Below are positions 41,075 to 50,926 of a DNA stretch of 64,000 nucleotides, piece after piece. Position numbers and translations under genes: made by a program. The DNA comes from Nitrospirota bacterium (lineage in GTDB: Bacteria > Nitrospirota > Thermodesulfovibrionia > Thermodesulfovibrionales > Dissulfurispiraceae). Position 1 is the stretch's first letter. Each line of letters begins with the position of its first letter. Location: assembly GCA_963790025.1 (NCBI GenBank), contig CAWBMP010000005.1, forward strand, positions 384,001-448,000, in the 5' to 3' direction. Under the pieces are notes generated by a model. That model ran no database searches and was not told the DNA's origin. It worked only from the letters and a program-made list of their open reading frames with translations.

Positions 41075-42701
41075 TCAGGCTAAAAAGACCAGGACTGCAG
41101 TGGAGTTCCTAAGGGAATTTCTGCATCAGCACAAGGACGACTTCTCGAAGCTGTATGTCCTGCTGGGACTGGGCCTCGTATGCGCTCTCCTCATACAGGA
41201 GCGTATGGGCATCGATCACCTCCTGGGAAGTTTTTTCATAGCTGCGATGATCCTTTTCATTTTTTACCGCGATATAAAGCGGTACAAACCGGTTTACCTC
41301 AATAATCACAAAATGATGCTGCTGCTGGGGTTTCTTCTTTCAGGCACGCTCCTGTTAGGCCGTGTTTTCGGGTATTTGCTTTCAGGGCTCCACAGGGGTC
41401 TTGTCCTGCCGGGAAGCGGTGCTTATTTGTTCGGCATCCCCATTCCTGTGGGGGCAATGCTGGTCACGCTCATATTCGACTTTCATACAGCCATAATTTT
41501 CTCTTTTGTCACCAGTATCATGACAGGCATATGGCTCAATAATCCGCTGTATACGGTGTATGTGTTCATAGGAAGTCTGACTGCTGCATTCAGTGTCATC
41601 AGATGCAAAAGACGCTCCTCTCTTCTGAAGGGGGGGCTTTTTGTAAGCGCTGTCAATATTTTCACATCCGGCGTTCTGCTGCTCTTTGACGGCAAGCTCT
41701 TTACTCCGATGGCGCCGCATGCCTTATTGTTTGCCGCAATGTCCGGTATAATGGTTTCCGCTGTCGCATCCATTGTCCTCCCCGTAGTTGAATATGTCTT
41801 CACTATTACTACCGATATCAGCCTTATTGAACTGGTGGACCTTGAGCAGCCGTTGATGCATAATCTAATGATCGCCGCACCCGGCACCTACCATCACAGT
41901 ATTATTGTGGGAAATCTTGCGGAGACTGCGGCCGAGGCGGTAGGAGCAAATCCACTGCTTGCACGGGTGACCGCCTGTTACCATGATATCGGGAAAATAC
42001 GCATGCCCGAATATTTCGTCGAGAACCAGAGTAATATTGCAAACAAACATGAAAAACTTGCGCCTCACATGAGCAGCATGATCCTGATGTCTCATGTCAA
42101 AGAGGGCGTGGAGCTGGCTCGGCAATATAAGTTGCCCAAAGACATTGTGGACATTATTCAACAGCATCACGGCACCAGCCTGATCACCTTTTTTTATCAA
42201 AAAGCACTTGAGCATACAAAAGACGTGCTTCCCCTCCAGGAAGATTACCGGTATCCGGGGCCGAAGCCCCAGACACGGGTGGCGGCTATTGTGATGATGG
42301 CTGATACTGTTGAGGCGGCCTCGCGCACACTTGCCGAGCCCACACCTGCAAGGATTTCCGCACTGGTGGATAAAATAATCAACCATATTTTTCTCGACGG
42401 ACAGATCGATGAATGCGAACTCACACTGAAGGACATTTCCGAAATAAAGAAACGGTTTACTTACATCCTCACCGGTATATTCCACAGGAGAATACAATAT
42501 CCTGAAGTCATAATAAAAGGTGCGCAGCAAAAGGGTACAACAGATGCAGCAATAGCCAGGAGCGCGGCTGATAAGGACATTGCCGGCGCTGCGCCTCGGG
42601 GAAATGGAAATAGTAATAAAGAACAACCAAAAGCTGATAAAGGCAAGCCATCGGACGATAAAGAAGGTGCTCAGGAGAGCCCTCACCCATTTAACACATA
42701 A
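41049..42701 (+). CDS. Multi-TM HDIG-domain phosphohydrolase (PgpH-like 7TM-HD)
   Basis: APGTYHHS, YHDIGK, FVENQ, HHGTS, YPGPKP; phoH-HD-ybeY context. Confidence 0.9.
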   Translation: MKNVTPKSNQAKKTRTAVEFLREFLHQHKDDFSKLYVLLGLGLVCALLIQERMGIDHLLGSFFIAAMILFIFYRDIKRYKPVYLNNHKMMLLLGFLLSGTLLLGRVFGYLLSGLHRGLVLPGSGAYLFGIPIPVGAMLVTLIFDFHTAIIFSFVTSIMTGIWLNNPLYTVYVFIGSLTAAFSVIRCKRRSSLLKGGLFVSAVNIFTSGVLLLFDGKLFTPMAPHALLFAAMSGIMVSAVASIVLPVVEYVFTITTDISLIELVDLEQPLMHNLMIAAPGTYHHSIIVGNLAETAAEAVGANPLLARVTACYHDIGKIRMPEYFVENQSNIANKHEKLAPHMSSMILMSHVKEGVELARQYKLPKDIVDIIQQHHGTSLITFFYQKALEHTKDVLPLQEDYRYPGPKPQTRVAAIVMMADTVEAASRTLAEPTPARISALVDKIINHIFLDGQIDECELTLKDISEIKKRFTYILTGIFHRRIQYPEVIIKGAQQKGTTDAAIARSAADKDIAGAAPRGNGNSNKEQPKADKGKPSDDKEGAQESPHPFNT

Positions 42702-43086
42702 AGGGTGTAACTCACTCTTGTCGGGCCGACAGGTTTTAATGCACCTCGAAGTAAGTGTCCTTTTCGTGAATGATGCCGCGATGAGGAGGCTCAATCGCCT
42801 CTATCGCGGCATTGACAGGACAACAGATGTGCTGTCCTTCCCGTTACAGATAAACAAGAAGTGGCTGCTTCCTGATTCTGACTTGTTGTTGGGTGACATC
42901 GTTATAAGCCTTCCCCGGGCCAAAAGGCAGGCAAAGGAGTACGAGACCACTTTTTACCGTGAACTCGGGCGTCTGCTTATACATGGGCTTCTTCACCTGC
43001 TTGGCTATGACCACGAAAAGAGCGGCTATCAGGCGGTTAAAATGAGGCGGATGGAAGCGGAACTGGCAAAGGTAATATGCCTCTAA
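42604..43086 (+). CDS. ybeY: rRNA maturation endoribonuclease YbeY
   Basis: LN..YR..D..TDVLSF, LGDIVIS, HGLLHLLGYDH. Confidence 0.95.
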   Translation: MEIVIKNNQKLIKASHRTIKKVLRRALTHLTHKGCNSLLSGRQVLMHLEVSVLFVNDAAMRRLNRLYRGIDRTTDVLSFPLQINKKWLLPDSDLLLGDIVISLPRAKRQAKEYETTFYRELGRLLIHGLLHLLGYDHEKSGYQAVKMRRMEAELAKVICL

Positions 43087-43775
43087 GAAAGTGGGTTGAC
43101 AGCGCCGGGTATGCTATTGAGGGGATAATCTATGCGGCCAGGACCCAGCGCCATCTCCGCTATCATCTTTATACTGCGGCGTTTGTTCTTATTTTGAGTT
43201 ATGTCCTCGGCCTGACGAGAACGGATTTTCTGATCATCGCCATAGCTCTGATCCTGGTCCTTATCGCCGAGATGATCAATACCGCGATTGAGTATGTTGT
43301 TGATTTGCTGTCGCCTGAACACAATGAGAGTGCGCGGATTGCGAAAGACGTTGCCGCCGGTGCGGTGCTCATTTCCGCTTTTGGTGCTCTTGTGATCGGG
43401 TATATCATACTGTTCCCTTATTTCAGCGTGGAATTTCAGAAAGGCATACATATAGCAAAGCATTCAAAGGAAGAAATTACCCTTATTTCGGCCATTCTGG
43501 TGATTATAACGGTCATCGTACTGAAATCACGGTTTGGCAGGGGGCATCCGCTTCGCGGAGGCATGCCCAGCGGCCACGCTGCCCTGGCTTTTGCGGTATG
43601 GGTCGCCATCACTTACACCACTGAAAGTTTTGCCGTATCGCTGCTTTCCTTTGCGCTGGCAGTTGTAATCGCCCAGAGCAGGGTCACTGTGAGGGCGCAC
43701 AACCCTTTCGAAGTCATTACAGGAGCTGTGCTTGGCGCCGGCCTCACACTCCTGCTCTTTGTCATTTTTTACTGA
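43077..43775 (+). CDS. dgkA: Diacylglycerol/undecaprenol kinase fused to a PAP2 phosphatase-like domain
   Basis: EMINTAIE.VVD, AKDVAAGAVL; C-terminal GGMPSGH, SRV...H...EV. Confidence 0.88.
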   Translation: MPLRKWVDSAGYAIEGIIYAARTQRHLRYHLYTAAFVLILSYVLGLTRTDFLIIAIALILVLIAEMINTAIEYVVDLLSPEHNESARIAKDVAAGAVLISAFGALVIGYIILFPYFSVEFQKGIHIAKHSKEEITLISAILVIITVIVLKSRFGRGHPLRGGMPSGHAALAFAVWVAITYTTESFAVSLLSFALAVVIAQSRVTVRAHNPFEVITGAVLGAGLTLLLFVIFY

Positions 43776-43792
43776 AGGTTAAGTGTTTGTTT

Positions 43793-44704
43793 ATGCCGTC
43801 CTACATAAAAGCCCATAGGACCGGAAAGCTGGCCGATAATATCAAAAAAGCATACGCGACACTGGAAAATTGTCGTCTTTGCCCGCGAGAGTGTCAAGTA
43901 AACAGACTGAAAGATGAAAAAGGTACTTGTCGTACCGGCCTGTCAGCCATGGTCTCGAGCTTTAATCCTCATTTTGGAGAAGAACGACCTTTGGTAGGGA
44001 GAAATGGTTCAGGGACCATCTTCATGACCCACTGCAATCTGCTCTGTGTATTTTGTCAAAACTGGGAAATCAGCCATTTGGGCGAAGGGAGAAAAGTGAA
44101 CTCAACAACCCTCGCCGGCATGATGCTCGATCTTCAGAGACGGGGATGCCATAACATTAATTTTGTTACACCGAGCCATGCAGTCCCTCAAATCCTGGAT
44201 GCCTTGCCCGCTGCCGTAGAGGGCGGCTTGCACGTGCCCCTGGTCTATAATACCGGTGGCTATGATGCCGTTGAAAGCCTGAAACTATTAGAGGGTATCT
44301 TCGATATTTATATGCCGGATTTTAAAATCTGGGACCCTGAAATGGCGCGTGAGTACCTGAAGACCGCGGATTATCCGGAAAAGGCGAGGGAGGCCATAAA
44401 AGAGATGCATCGTCAGGTTGGCGATCTCACCCTTGATGAAAAAGGCATCGCTTTGAAAGGAATTCTTCTGCGGCATTTGGTAATGCCTGGAGGAATAGCA
44501 GGGACCAGAAACATAATGCGTTTTATCGCCGGAGAGATATCACCAAATACTTATGTGAATGTAATGGACCAATACCATCCATGCGGTAATGCCAAGAAAT
44601 ACCCGTTGCTGGATAGAGCCATCAGCCGTGATGAATACGAAGAGACTTTGATGGCGGCCCATGAAGAAGGCATCACCAGACTTCATGGAAGAGAAAGATG
44701 GTGA
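43793..44704 (+). CDS. Radical SAM protein (PflX-like)
   Basis: C.LCPR.C, HFGEE, CNLLCVFCQN, YMPDFK, RHLVMP. Confidence 0.9.
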   Translation: MPSYIKAHRTGKLADNIKKAYATLENCRLCPRECQVNRLKDEKGTCRTGLSAMVSSFNPHFGEERPLVGRNGSGTIFMTHCNLLCVFCQNWEISHLGEGRKVNSTTLAGMMLDLQRRGCHNINFVTPSHAVPQILDALPAAVEGGLHVPLVYNTGGYDAVESLKLLEGIFDIYMPDFKIWDPEMAREYLKTADYPEKAREAIKEMHRQVGDLTLDEKGIALKGILLRHLVMPGGIAGTRNIMRFIAGEISPNTYVNVMDQYHPCGNAKKYPLLDRAISRDEYEETLMAAHEEGITRLHGRERW

Positions 44705-44732
44705 GTATTATAGGATTTATGAATAATTTGGG

Positions 44733-45572
44733 CTAAGGCTTTGCAGCCGGGGAAACAATCGGCGAAGGTATGGTGCCGGAGGGCCCGGCAGGAACTTCTT
44801 TTACTGTCTCGTCAGCTTCTTTCTCGGAAGGGGCTGTCATGACTTCCTCATACTGGGGGATGACAATCCCCCTTTTTACCATGATGCTGTAGATAATCCG
44901 GGACCTGTTTGCCACATAGCGTGCAGTTCCGAGGGGATTATATTTCCGCGGGTTGGGAAGAACGGCGGCCAGTCGTGCGGCCTCTTCAGGGCCGAGAGCG
45001 GATGCGGACTTGCCGTAGTAGGCCCGCGAGGCGGCTTCTATACCGAATATGCCTTCTCCCCATTCCGCCACATTCAGGTATATCTCCAGTATCCTTCGTT
45101 TGGTGAGCCTTTTCTCCATCCTCCATGTGAGTATTGCCTCTTTTACCTTCCTGAGGGGATTTTTCGAGGGTGTAAGGTAAAGATTTTTTGCGAGCTGCTG
45201 GCTGATAGTGCTTGCGCCGAACTTGAATTTTTTCACCCTGATGTCTTTTTCAACTGCCTTTTCCATCGCTTCAAAATCAAAGCCTTCATGCTTCCAGAAC
45301 TTGTCGTCCTCGGAAATGAGCACGGCTTTAACAAGATAGGGCGAGATTTGAGAGAGGGGCGTCCATATCTGCCGGATCTTTATTTTTTTCCCTTCCCGCT
45401 GCCATTCTTTTTCCCGGTACTCCATGAAGGAGGTCTTCTTGATGTTCCCTTTTCTGAGGTCAGACACATCGGGGAAAAAAAAGTAGTAGCCCACGCTCAG
45501 TACGGTGGCGGCAAAGAGAAGGGCCACGGCTATTCTTAAACGGCGTATCCAGGGTTTCTTCTTGCGCGGCAT
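44733..45572 (-). CDS. mtgA: Monofunctional peptidoglycan glycosyltransferase
   Basis: EDDKF..H.G, GASTISQQLAKNL, RK.KE, EIYLN. Confidence 0.94.
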   Translation of the reverse strand: MPRKKKPWIRRLRIAVALLFAATVLSVGYYFFFPDVSDLRKGNIKKTSFMEYREKEWQREGKKIKIRQIWTPLSQISPYLVKAVLISEDDKFWKHEGFDFEAMEKAVEKDIRVKKFKFGASTISQQLAKNLYLTPSKNPLRKVKEAILTWRMEKRLTKRRILEIYLNVAEWGEGIFGIEAASRAYYGKSASALGPEEAARLAAVLPNPRKYNPLGTARYVANRSRIIYSIMVKRGIVIPQYEEVMTAPSEKEADETVKEVPAGPSGTIPSPIVSPAAKP

Positions 45573-45899
45573 GATGAAATTCTATATGGCGTAAATATTC
45601 ATTGATTTTATAAAAAAGCGTCTTTGTAAATTCTATTCTTTATTCTCGAGTATATTTGGATGCTACATCTCCAATACTGATTTCGAGCTATATTAACATA
45701 TTCCAAGGTGCTCATTCTGCAAGAATTTCGAACTTTTGTCTCAGCACCTTTGTGAATAAACATGGTAATTGTCCCCATATTTTTACCAGAAAATGCTTGC
45801 AACTCGTACACTAGCTTGCGCCCTTCTTGCTGTCTGATATAATTTGAGAAAGCATCAAAATAATCTGTTATTTTACATATGAGAGAAGAAATGGAAAAA

Positions 45900-46679
45900 A
45901 TGGCAACGTGGAACCCGCAGCAATATCTCAAATTTAAAAATGAACGAACTCAACCCTCAATAGATCTTGCAGCAAAGGTCAGAATTGAAAACCCCGCTAC
46001 TGTTATTGATATTGGATGCGGACCTGGAAATAGCACTCAAGTTTTGCGTCAGCGCTGGCCAAATGCTCGTATTACTGGTCTTGACAGCTCACGAGAGATG
46101 ATCGAAAGAGCAAAGACGGATTTTCCGGATCAGGAGTGGTTACTGGCTGATGCCTCAAAGCTGGAACCGTATCAGACTTATGACGTCGTTTTCTCAAATG
46201 CGGCTTTACAGTGGATACCGGATCATGATATTCTGATCCCTCGGCTCCTACAGATTGTCAGCGCCGGTGGAGCGCTGGCTATACAGGTGCCAGCGAATGT
46301 CGAGTCACCTTTGCACAAGGCATTACTTGCCGTATCTTCGAGGGAAAGATGGTCCCAGTTTACTGCCGGGTGCGAGAAGCTGTTAAGCTATCATACTGTC
46401 GAGTATTATTACAACATACTCTACCCGATAGCCTCCTTCGGCCTCGACATTTGGGAAACCACTTACTACCATGTGCTGAGTTCTCATGCTGCGCTCATAG
46501 AATGGTATAAGGGCACCGGATTACGGCCTTATCTGGAAAAGCTGCCGCACGATGAATACAAAAAGGAGTTTATGAGCGAGATAATGGATGAGTGCAGGCA
46601 GGCATATGCAATTCAGAGAGACGGCAATATCCTTTTTCCGTTCAGGAGGATTTTCTTCGTTGCCTATAAAAGCGGATAG
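45900..46679 (+). CDS. tam: Trans-aconitate 2-methyltransferase-like SAM methyltransferase
   Basis: WNPQQYLKF..ER..P..DL, DIGCGPGNST, SNAALQW, FPFRRIF. Confidence 0.88.
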   Translation: MATWNPQQYLKFKNERTQPSIDLAAKVRIENPATVIDIGCGPGNSTQVLRQRWPNARITGLDSSREMIERAKTDFPDQEWLLADASKLEPYQTYDVVFSNAALQWIPDHDILIPRLLQIVSAGGALAIQVPANVESPLHKALLAVSSRERWSQFTAGCEKLLSYHTVEYYYNILYPIASFGLDIWETTYYHVLSSHAALIEWYKGTGLRPYLEKLPHDEYKKEFMSEIMDECRQAYAIQRDGNILFPFRRIFFVAYKSG

Positions 46680-46776
46680 CTTCCAAATGTTGTTCAAACC
46701 GCTGGTGTTTTCGGACTGCATGTTACCCTACTACTATCGTTTTTTGAATATCCAAAATTCTGAGGAATACTGTAAG

Positions 46777-46823
46777 AAAGTGAGATTTTATCGTCGCAAG
46801 TCTGGAATCTCAATTCTTTCTGG
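46777..46823. repeat. About 46-bp hairpin-forming repeat, copy 1
   Basis: aaagtgagattttatcgtcgcaagtctggaatctcaattctttctgg; closely similar to 50036-50080. Confidence 0.7.
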
Positions 46824-47057
46824 GTAACTGTTAGTGTTGGAGGCTTAAGCTTCACAAGGGTTTCTCCAAGTAATTTCACTTTATCGACCTCAAAAGTTTT
46901 GTTTCATCCTACCTTACCTGTATATATCTTTGGCCTGTCCCCTTTAAACCGGTCCGGATGGTATGTAGTATATTGAACTGATAATTAAATAAAAGATATA
47001 TCCCTATCTGTAACTTTTTTTATGGTATACTGCAACTAAAAAGATACCAGGAGCGAC

Positions 47058-49160
47058 ATGGGGCAAGTAATGATAGACACTGACAGGGACAAGGGAAAAA
47101 GCAATCCCCTTGGCGCCACTATCTATCGTGACGGCGTCAACTTCAGTGTTTTTTCGAAGAACAGCACTGCCATCGAGCTGCTTCTTTTTGACAACGCTGA
47201 TGACGCAAAACCGGCCCGCGTTGTCCGCCTCGACCCTGAAATAAACAAAACATATCACTATTGGCATATCTTTGTACCCGGTATCAAGCCGGGACAGATA
47301 TACGGCTACCGTGTCTACGGTCTCTTCGACCCTTCCCGCGGCTTCTGTTTTGATCCTGATAAAGTGCTTCTCGATCCGTATGGGAAGGCAATATCGGTCC
47401 CTGAAGGTTACAGCCGCCTTAAGGCGAGCCTTCCAGGTGACGACATCTCTGCGACAATGAAGAGCATCGTCACAGACCTTCGCGGCTACGACTGGGAAGG
47501 CGACAGCCCTCTCAAGAGGCACTTTTCAAAAACCGTCATCTACGAGATGCATGTGGGCGGCTTCACCAGACACCCGAACTCCGGCATTGCCTGTGAAAAG
47601 CGCGGCACATACGCTGGAGTCATAGAGAAGATACCCTACCTGCAGGATCTCGGCATCACCGCGGTGGAACTGCTTCCGGTATTTCAGTTTGACCCACAGG
47701 ACTGCCCCCAAGGTCTAGTCAATTACTGGGGATACTGCCCTGTCTCCTTCTTTGCTCCGCACCACGCCTATAGCTCCCGGAGAGACCCCTTCGGTGCCAT
47801 CGATGAGTTTCGCGATATGGTGAAGGCCCTGCACAAGGCGGGTATAGAGGTCATTCTCGATGTGGTATACAATCACACTGCAGAGGGCAATCACCAGGGG
47901 CCCACCTTTTGTTTCCGGGGTCTTGAAAATAGCGTCTATTATATACTGGAAAAGGACCAGTCAAAGTATGCGAACTATTCCGGAACCGGTAATACCCTCA
48001 ATACAAACCAGACCATAGTCAGGAGAATGATCCTTGACAGCCTGCGTTACTGGGTGCAGGTAATGCATGTGGACGGGTTCAGGTTCGACCTTGCGTCAAT
48101 ACTCTCACGGGATGAACATGGACAGCCTCTTGAGAACCCCCCCATTATATGGGACATCGAATCTGAACCGGTGCTGGCAGGCATCAAACTTATCGCTGAA
48201 GCTTGGGACGCAGGAGGGCTCTACCAGGTGGGCTCTTTTGTCGGCGACAGCTGGAAGGAATGGAACGGGAAATTCCGCGATGATGTCCGCAGGTTTTTGA
48301 AGGGCGACAACGGCTCTGTCTCGCGGCTTCCGTCCAGGCTTCTGGGCAGCCCTGACCTCTATGAGGGCCATGAACGCGAACCCGAACTGAGCATTAACTT
48401 TGTCACCTGCCACGACGGCTTTACGCTGAACGATCTTGTTACCTATAACAACAAGCATAACGAGGTCAACGGAGAAAACAACCAGGACGGCAATGACAAC
48501 AATCTAAGCTGGAACTGCGGGACCGAGGGACCTGCCCAAGAACCGGCGGTGGAGAGGCTCCGCAACAGGCAGGTGAAAAACTTCATCACACTTACCTTCC
48601 TCGCCCTGGGGACACCCATGCTCCCAATGGGCGATGAAGTCAGGCGTACTCAGCACGGCAACAACAATGCTTACTGCCAGGACAATGAAATGAGCTGGTT
48701 CGATTGGAAGCTGCTGGATAAGCATCCTGATGTCCACCGATTTGTAAAAGAGTTCATTCATTACCGGCTGCACCGCGAAACTCTGCGCGGGGAGGGCAGC
48801 CTGAGCCTCAACCAGTTCCTTCACCAGGCCTGCTTCCAGTGGCACGGCATTACGCTGGACCAGCCGGACTGGTCGGAATTTTCCCACAGCCTTGCTTTTA
48901 CCGCATGTGGCGAAAAAGGAAAACTTCTGACCCATGTCATGCTGAATGCCTACCGGGAGCCCCTCACCTTCGAACTCCCGAAGTCCTCAGCGCCATGGAA
49001 GCGCTGGATCGATACCTATCTGGATTCTCCCGAAGATATTTCTGCATGGGAGAGCGCACCTAGTATACAGGGAAAGGCCTATACTGTCCAGTCCTATTCC
49101 TCTGTGGTATTGTTCAGCATGACGGACGGGGATGAGCATCCTGTTAACTGTCACCATTAA
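47058..49160 (+). CDS. glgX: Glycogen debranching enzyme (isoamylase, GH13)
   Basis: PLGAT, NYWGY, DVVYNHTAEG, DGFRFDLA, AEAWD, CHDGFTL. Confidence 0.97.
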   Translation: MGQVMIDTDRDKGKSNPLGATIYRDGVNFSVFSKNSTAIELLLFDNADDAKPARVVRLDPEINKTYHYWHIFVPGIKPGQIYGYRVYGLFDPSRGFCFDPDKVLLDPYGKAISVPEGYSRLKASLPGDDISATMKSIVTDLRGYDWEGDSPLKRHFSKTVIYEMHVGGFTRHPNSGIACEKRGTYAGVIEKIPYLQDLGITAVELLPVFQFDPQDCPQGLVNYWGYCPVSFFAPHHAYSSRRDPFGAIDEFRDMVKALHKAGIEVILDVVYNHTAEGNHQGPTFCFRGLENSVYYILEKDQSKYANYSGTGNTLNTNQTIVRRMILDSLRYWVQVMHVDGFRFDLASILSRDEHGQPLENPPIIWDIESEPVLAGIKLIAEAWDAGGLYQVGSFVGDSWKEWNGKFRDDVRRFLKGDNGSVSRLPSRLLGSPDLYEGHEREPELSINFVTCHDGFTLNDLVTYNNKHNEVNGENNQDGNDNNLSWNCGTEGPAQEPAVERLRNRQVKNFITLTFLALGTPMLPMGDEVRRTQHGNNNAYCQDNEMSWFDWKLLDKHPDVHRFVKEFIHYRLHRETLRGEGSLSLNQFLHQACFQWHGITLDQPDWSEFSHSLAFTACGEKGKLLTHVMLNAYREPLTFELPKSSAPWKRWIDTYLDSPEDISAWESAPSIQGKAYTVQSYSSVVLFSMTDGDEHPVNCHH

Positions 49161-49360
49161 CTATTTATTAACCTAGGTGTACATGTTAAACCCTGCTGTT
49201 GACGGTGTTACCGACACCTTCATTGGCAACTAAAGGCCATTTATTTCTGGTTGTACGACGCAGAATTATAACAAATCCAAAACCGCATACTTCATGAAGA
49301 AAGCAAGAGGCATAGGGCAGAGCCGAACAGTCTGTATTCTCCCCGTATTACTAAAACAGA

Positions 49361-49388
49361 AAGGGCATGCCGTAACCGGCAAGCCCTT
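49361..49388 (-). terminator. Probable terminator downstream of the ACT-like gene
   Basis: AAGGGC-TGCCG/CGGCA-GCCCTT stem followed by T-rich sequence on the minus strand. Confidence 0.55.
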
Positions 49389-49425
49389 CGCCATCTTCGG
49401 CATACGAACTGTTGATAGAATGTGT

Positions 49426-49839
49426 CTAGCTTGCCCTCAGCGACTTGGCAGCCTTGTTTACGTCCTTAGTCTCGACCCATAGGATAGCAGCATAACGGCC
49501 TGAACCAGCCGAAACCGCGTCAATGGCTGTAACGTTAATCTTCTTTTCCGCTAATCTTTTTAGCAGATCCGCCACAGCGCCCTTCCGATCATCACCTTGG
49601 GCCAGGAACCCAAACTTCTGTGGGCGCGTCCTGATCTTCGCCGCCTTGACAGCTTTCTTAAAGACTGCCACATCCTCGGGAATGAAGTCGAGCTGGGCCT
49701 TCCTCCCACTTGGGAATCCTGAGAATGCCAACAGGTTCACGCCCGCCTCTGCCAAAGTCCCGAGCACCCGCGCTCCTTCACCTGGTCTGTTCGGGACATC
49801 CACTGCAAAATATGCCACCTTCCTGATAATGTCCGCCAT
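49426..49839 (-). CDS. Tandem ACT-like domain protein
   Basis: VPNRPGEGA.VL..LAEAGVNL and DDRKGAVA..L..LAEKKINV; SD GGAGGTG. Confidence 0.75.
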   Translation of the reverse strand: MADIIRKVAYFAVDVPNRPGEGARVLGTLAEAGVNLLAFSGFPSGRKAQLDFIPEDVAVFKKAVKAAKIRTRPQKFGFLAQGDDRKGAVADLLKRLAEKKINVTAIDAVSAGSGRYAAILWVETKDVNKAAKSLRAS

Positions 49840-50035
49840 ATACGACACCTCCTTCCTCTTTGAATGATTTCTAATTGAAGTTTATAAGATTCAGAGAAAG
49901 GTTACAACCGTTTAGTTCAGGAAGCAATCGCGCCTATCATCGCACATTCTCTGTCCGATGTTGCTGCAAGTAATCCGCCTGAGATTTTGTACTAATAAAA
50001 ATTATAGCAGACCTCGTGCACAATGTCTCAGAAAA

Positions 50036-50080
50036 AAAGTGAGATTTTATCCTAGCGAGTCTGGTATCTCATTCTTCTGG
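50036..50080. repeat. About 46-bp hairpin-forming repeat, copy 2
   Basis: aaagtgagattttatcctagcgagtctggtatctcattcttctgg. Confidence 0.7.
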
Positions 50081-50111
50081 AAACAAATAAGAGCATTCTC
50101 AAATGTTTCTT

Positions 50112-50913
50112 CTATATATACGTTTCAGGTTCTTTCCTTTCACGACAGTTCTCGTTTAACCATTCAGCCAACTGCCGTATTTGCGAATCCTCCATTTTTC
50201 GCGCGCCCGTCGGGCAGTTCTTGATGCAGGAGCAGCACCTGATACACAGATTTCGATTCGTAAGAATTGTTTTCTCCGCAGTAATGGCTGCTGTTGGACA
50301 GGCAAAAACACAAGCTAAACATTTTGCGCATACTGCTTCGTGTGTAACAGGAGATATGTTTGATAACAGTCCTCGCCTTTTATAAGGGTATTTCCCGGGG
50401 ACCTGAATGAGGGACATTTCCTCGCTCGTCCGAATGTTCTTTAACTTTTCATGGATATTTATTCCGAATTCAGTTGCTTTTAGCAGAATCTTCTGTGTCA
50501 GGCCGTCCTGCGGCAACCGGAGCAGCATCAGTGGAATATGAATGTTCCCCGATAAAAGCAGCGGCAGCAATAGGTTTGAACCCCACATCCAGGGCAATAT
50601 CCCTTAATTCCAAAAGGGCATCTTCGTATGCGCGGTTCCCATACACAACAACAATAGCCGCTGGTGCGCCATTTCCTCTGAGTCGCAGCAACCTGGAGAC
50701 CGCATCAGTCGGGAGCCTTCCACCGTACACCGGCGATCCTATAATGACGAACCCGTCATGAATTTGCACGATTTTCTGTCTTCTTGCAGTGGGCGGAGTT
50801 AAGTCAATACGTTCAGCCGGGTTAATCTGAACTCCCTTTGCAATACCCTCAACAACTTTTCTTGTCGTACGGGTTGGTGAAAAGTAGATCAGTTTTATCG
50901 AGTCGATAGTCAT
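50112..50913 (-). CDS. Flavodoxin-like plus 4Fe-4S ferredoxin fusion with an apparent +1 frameshift at 50485-50491
   Basis: YFSPT..T, PVYGGR, YGNRAYEDAL.EL, GRPD in one frame; two CxxCxxCxxxCP motifs in the next frame. Confidence 0.85.
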
Positions 50914-50926
50914 GTTTCACGGGGTT

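Noticed and set aside
41865..42794. Long antisense or alternative-frame ORFs (for example 41865-42794, 10778-11701, 20861-21685, 17962-18687)
   Set aside because: They are shadows of well-conserved genes on the opposite strand and have no motifs of their own
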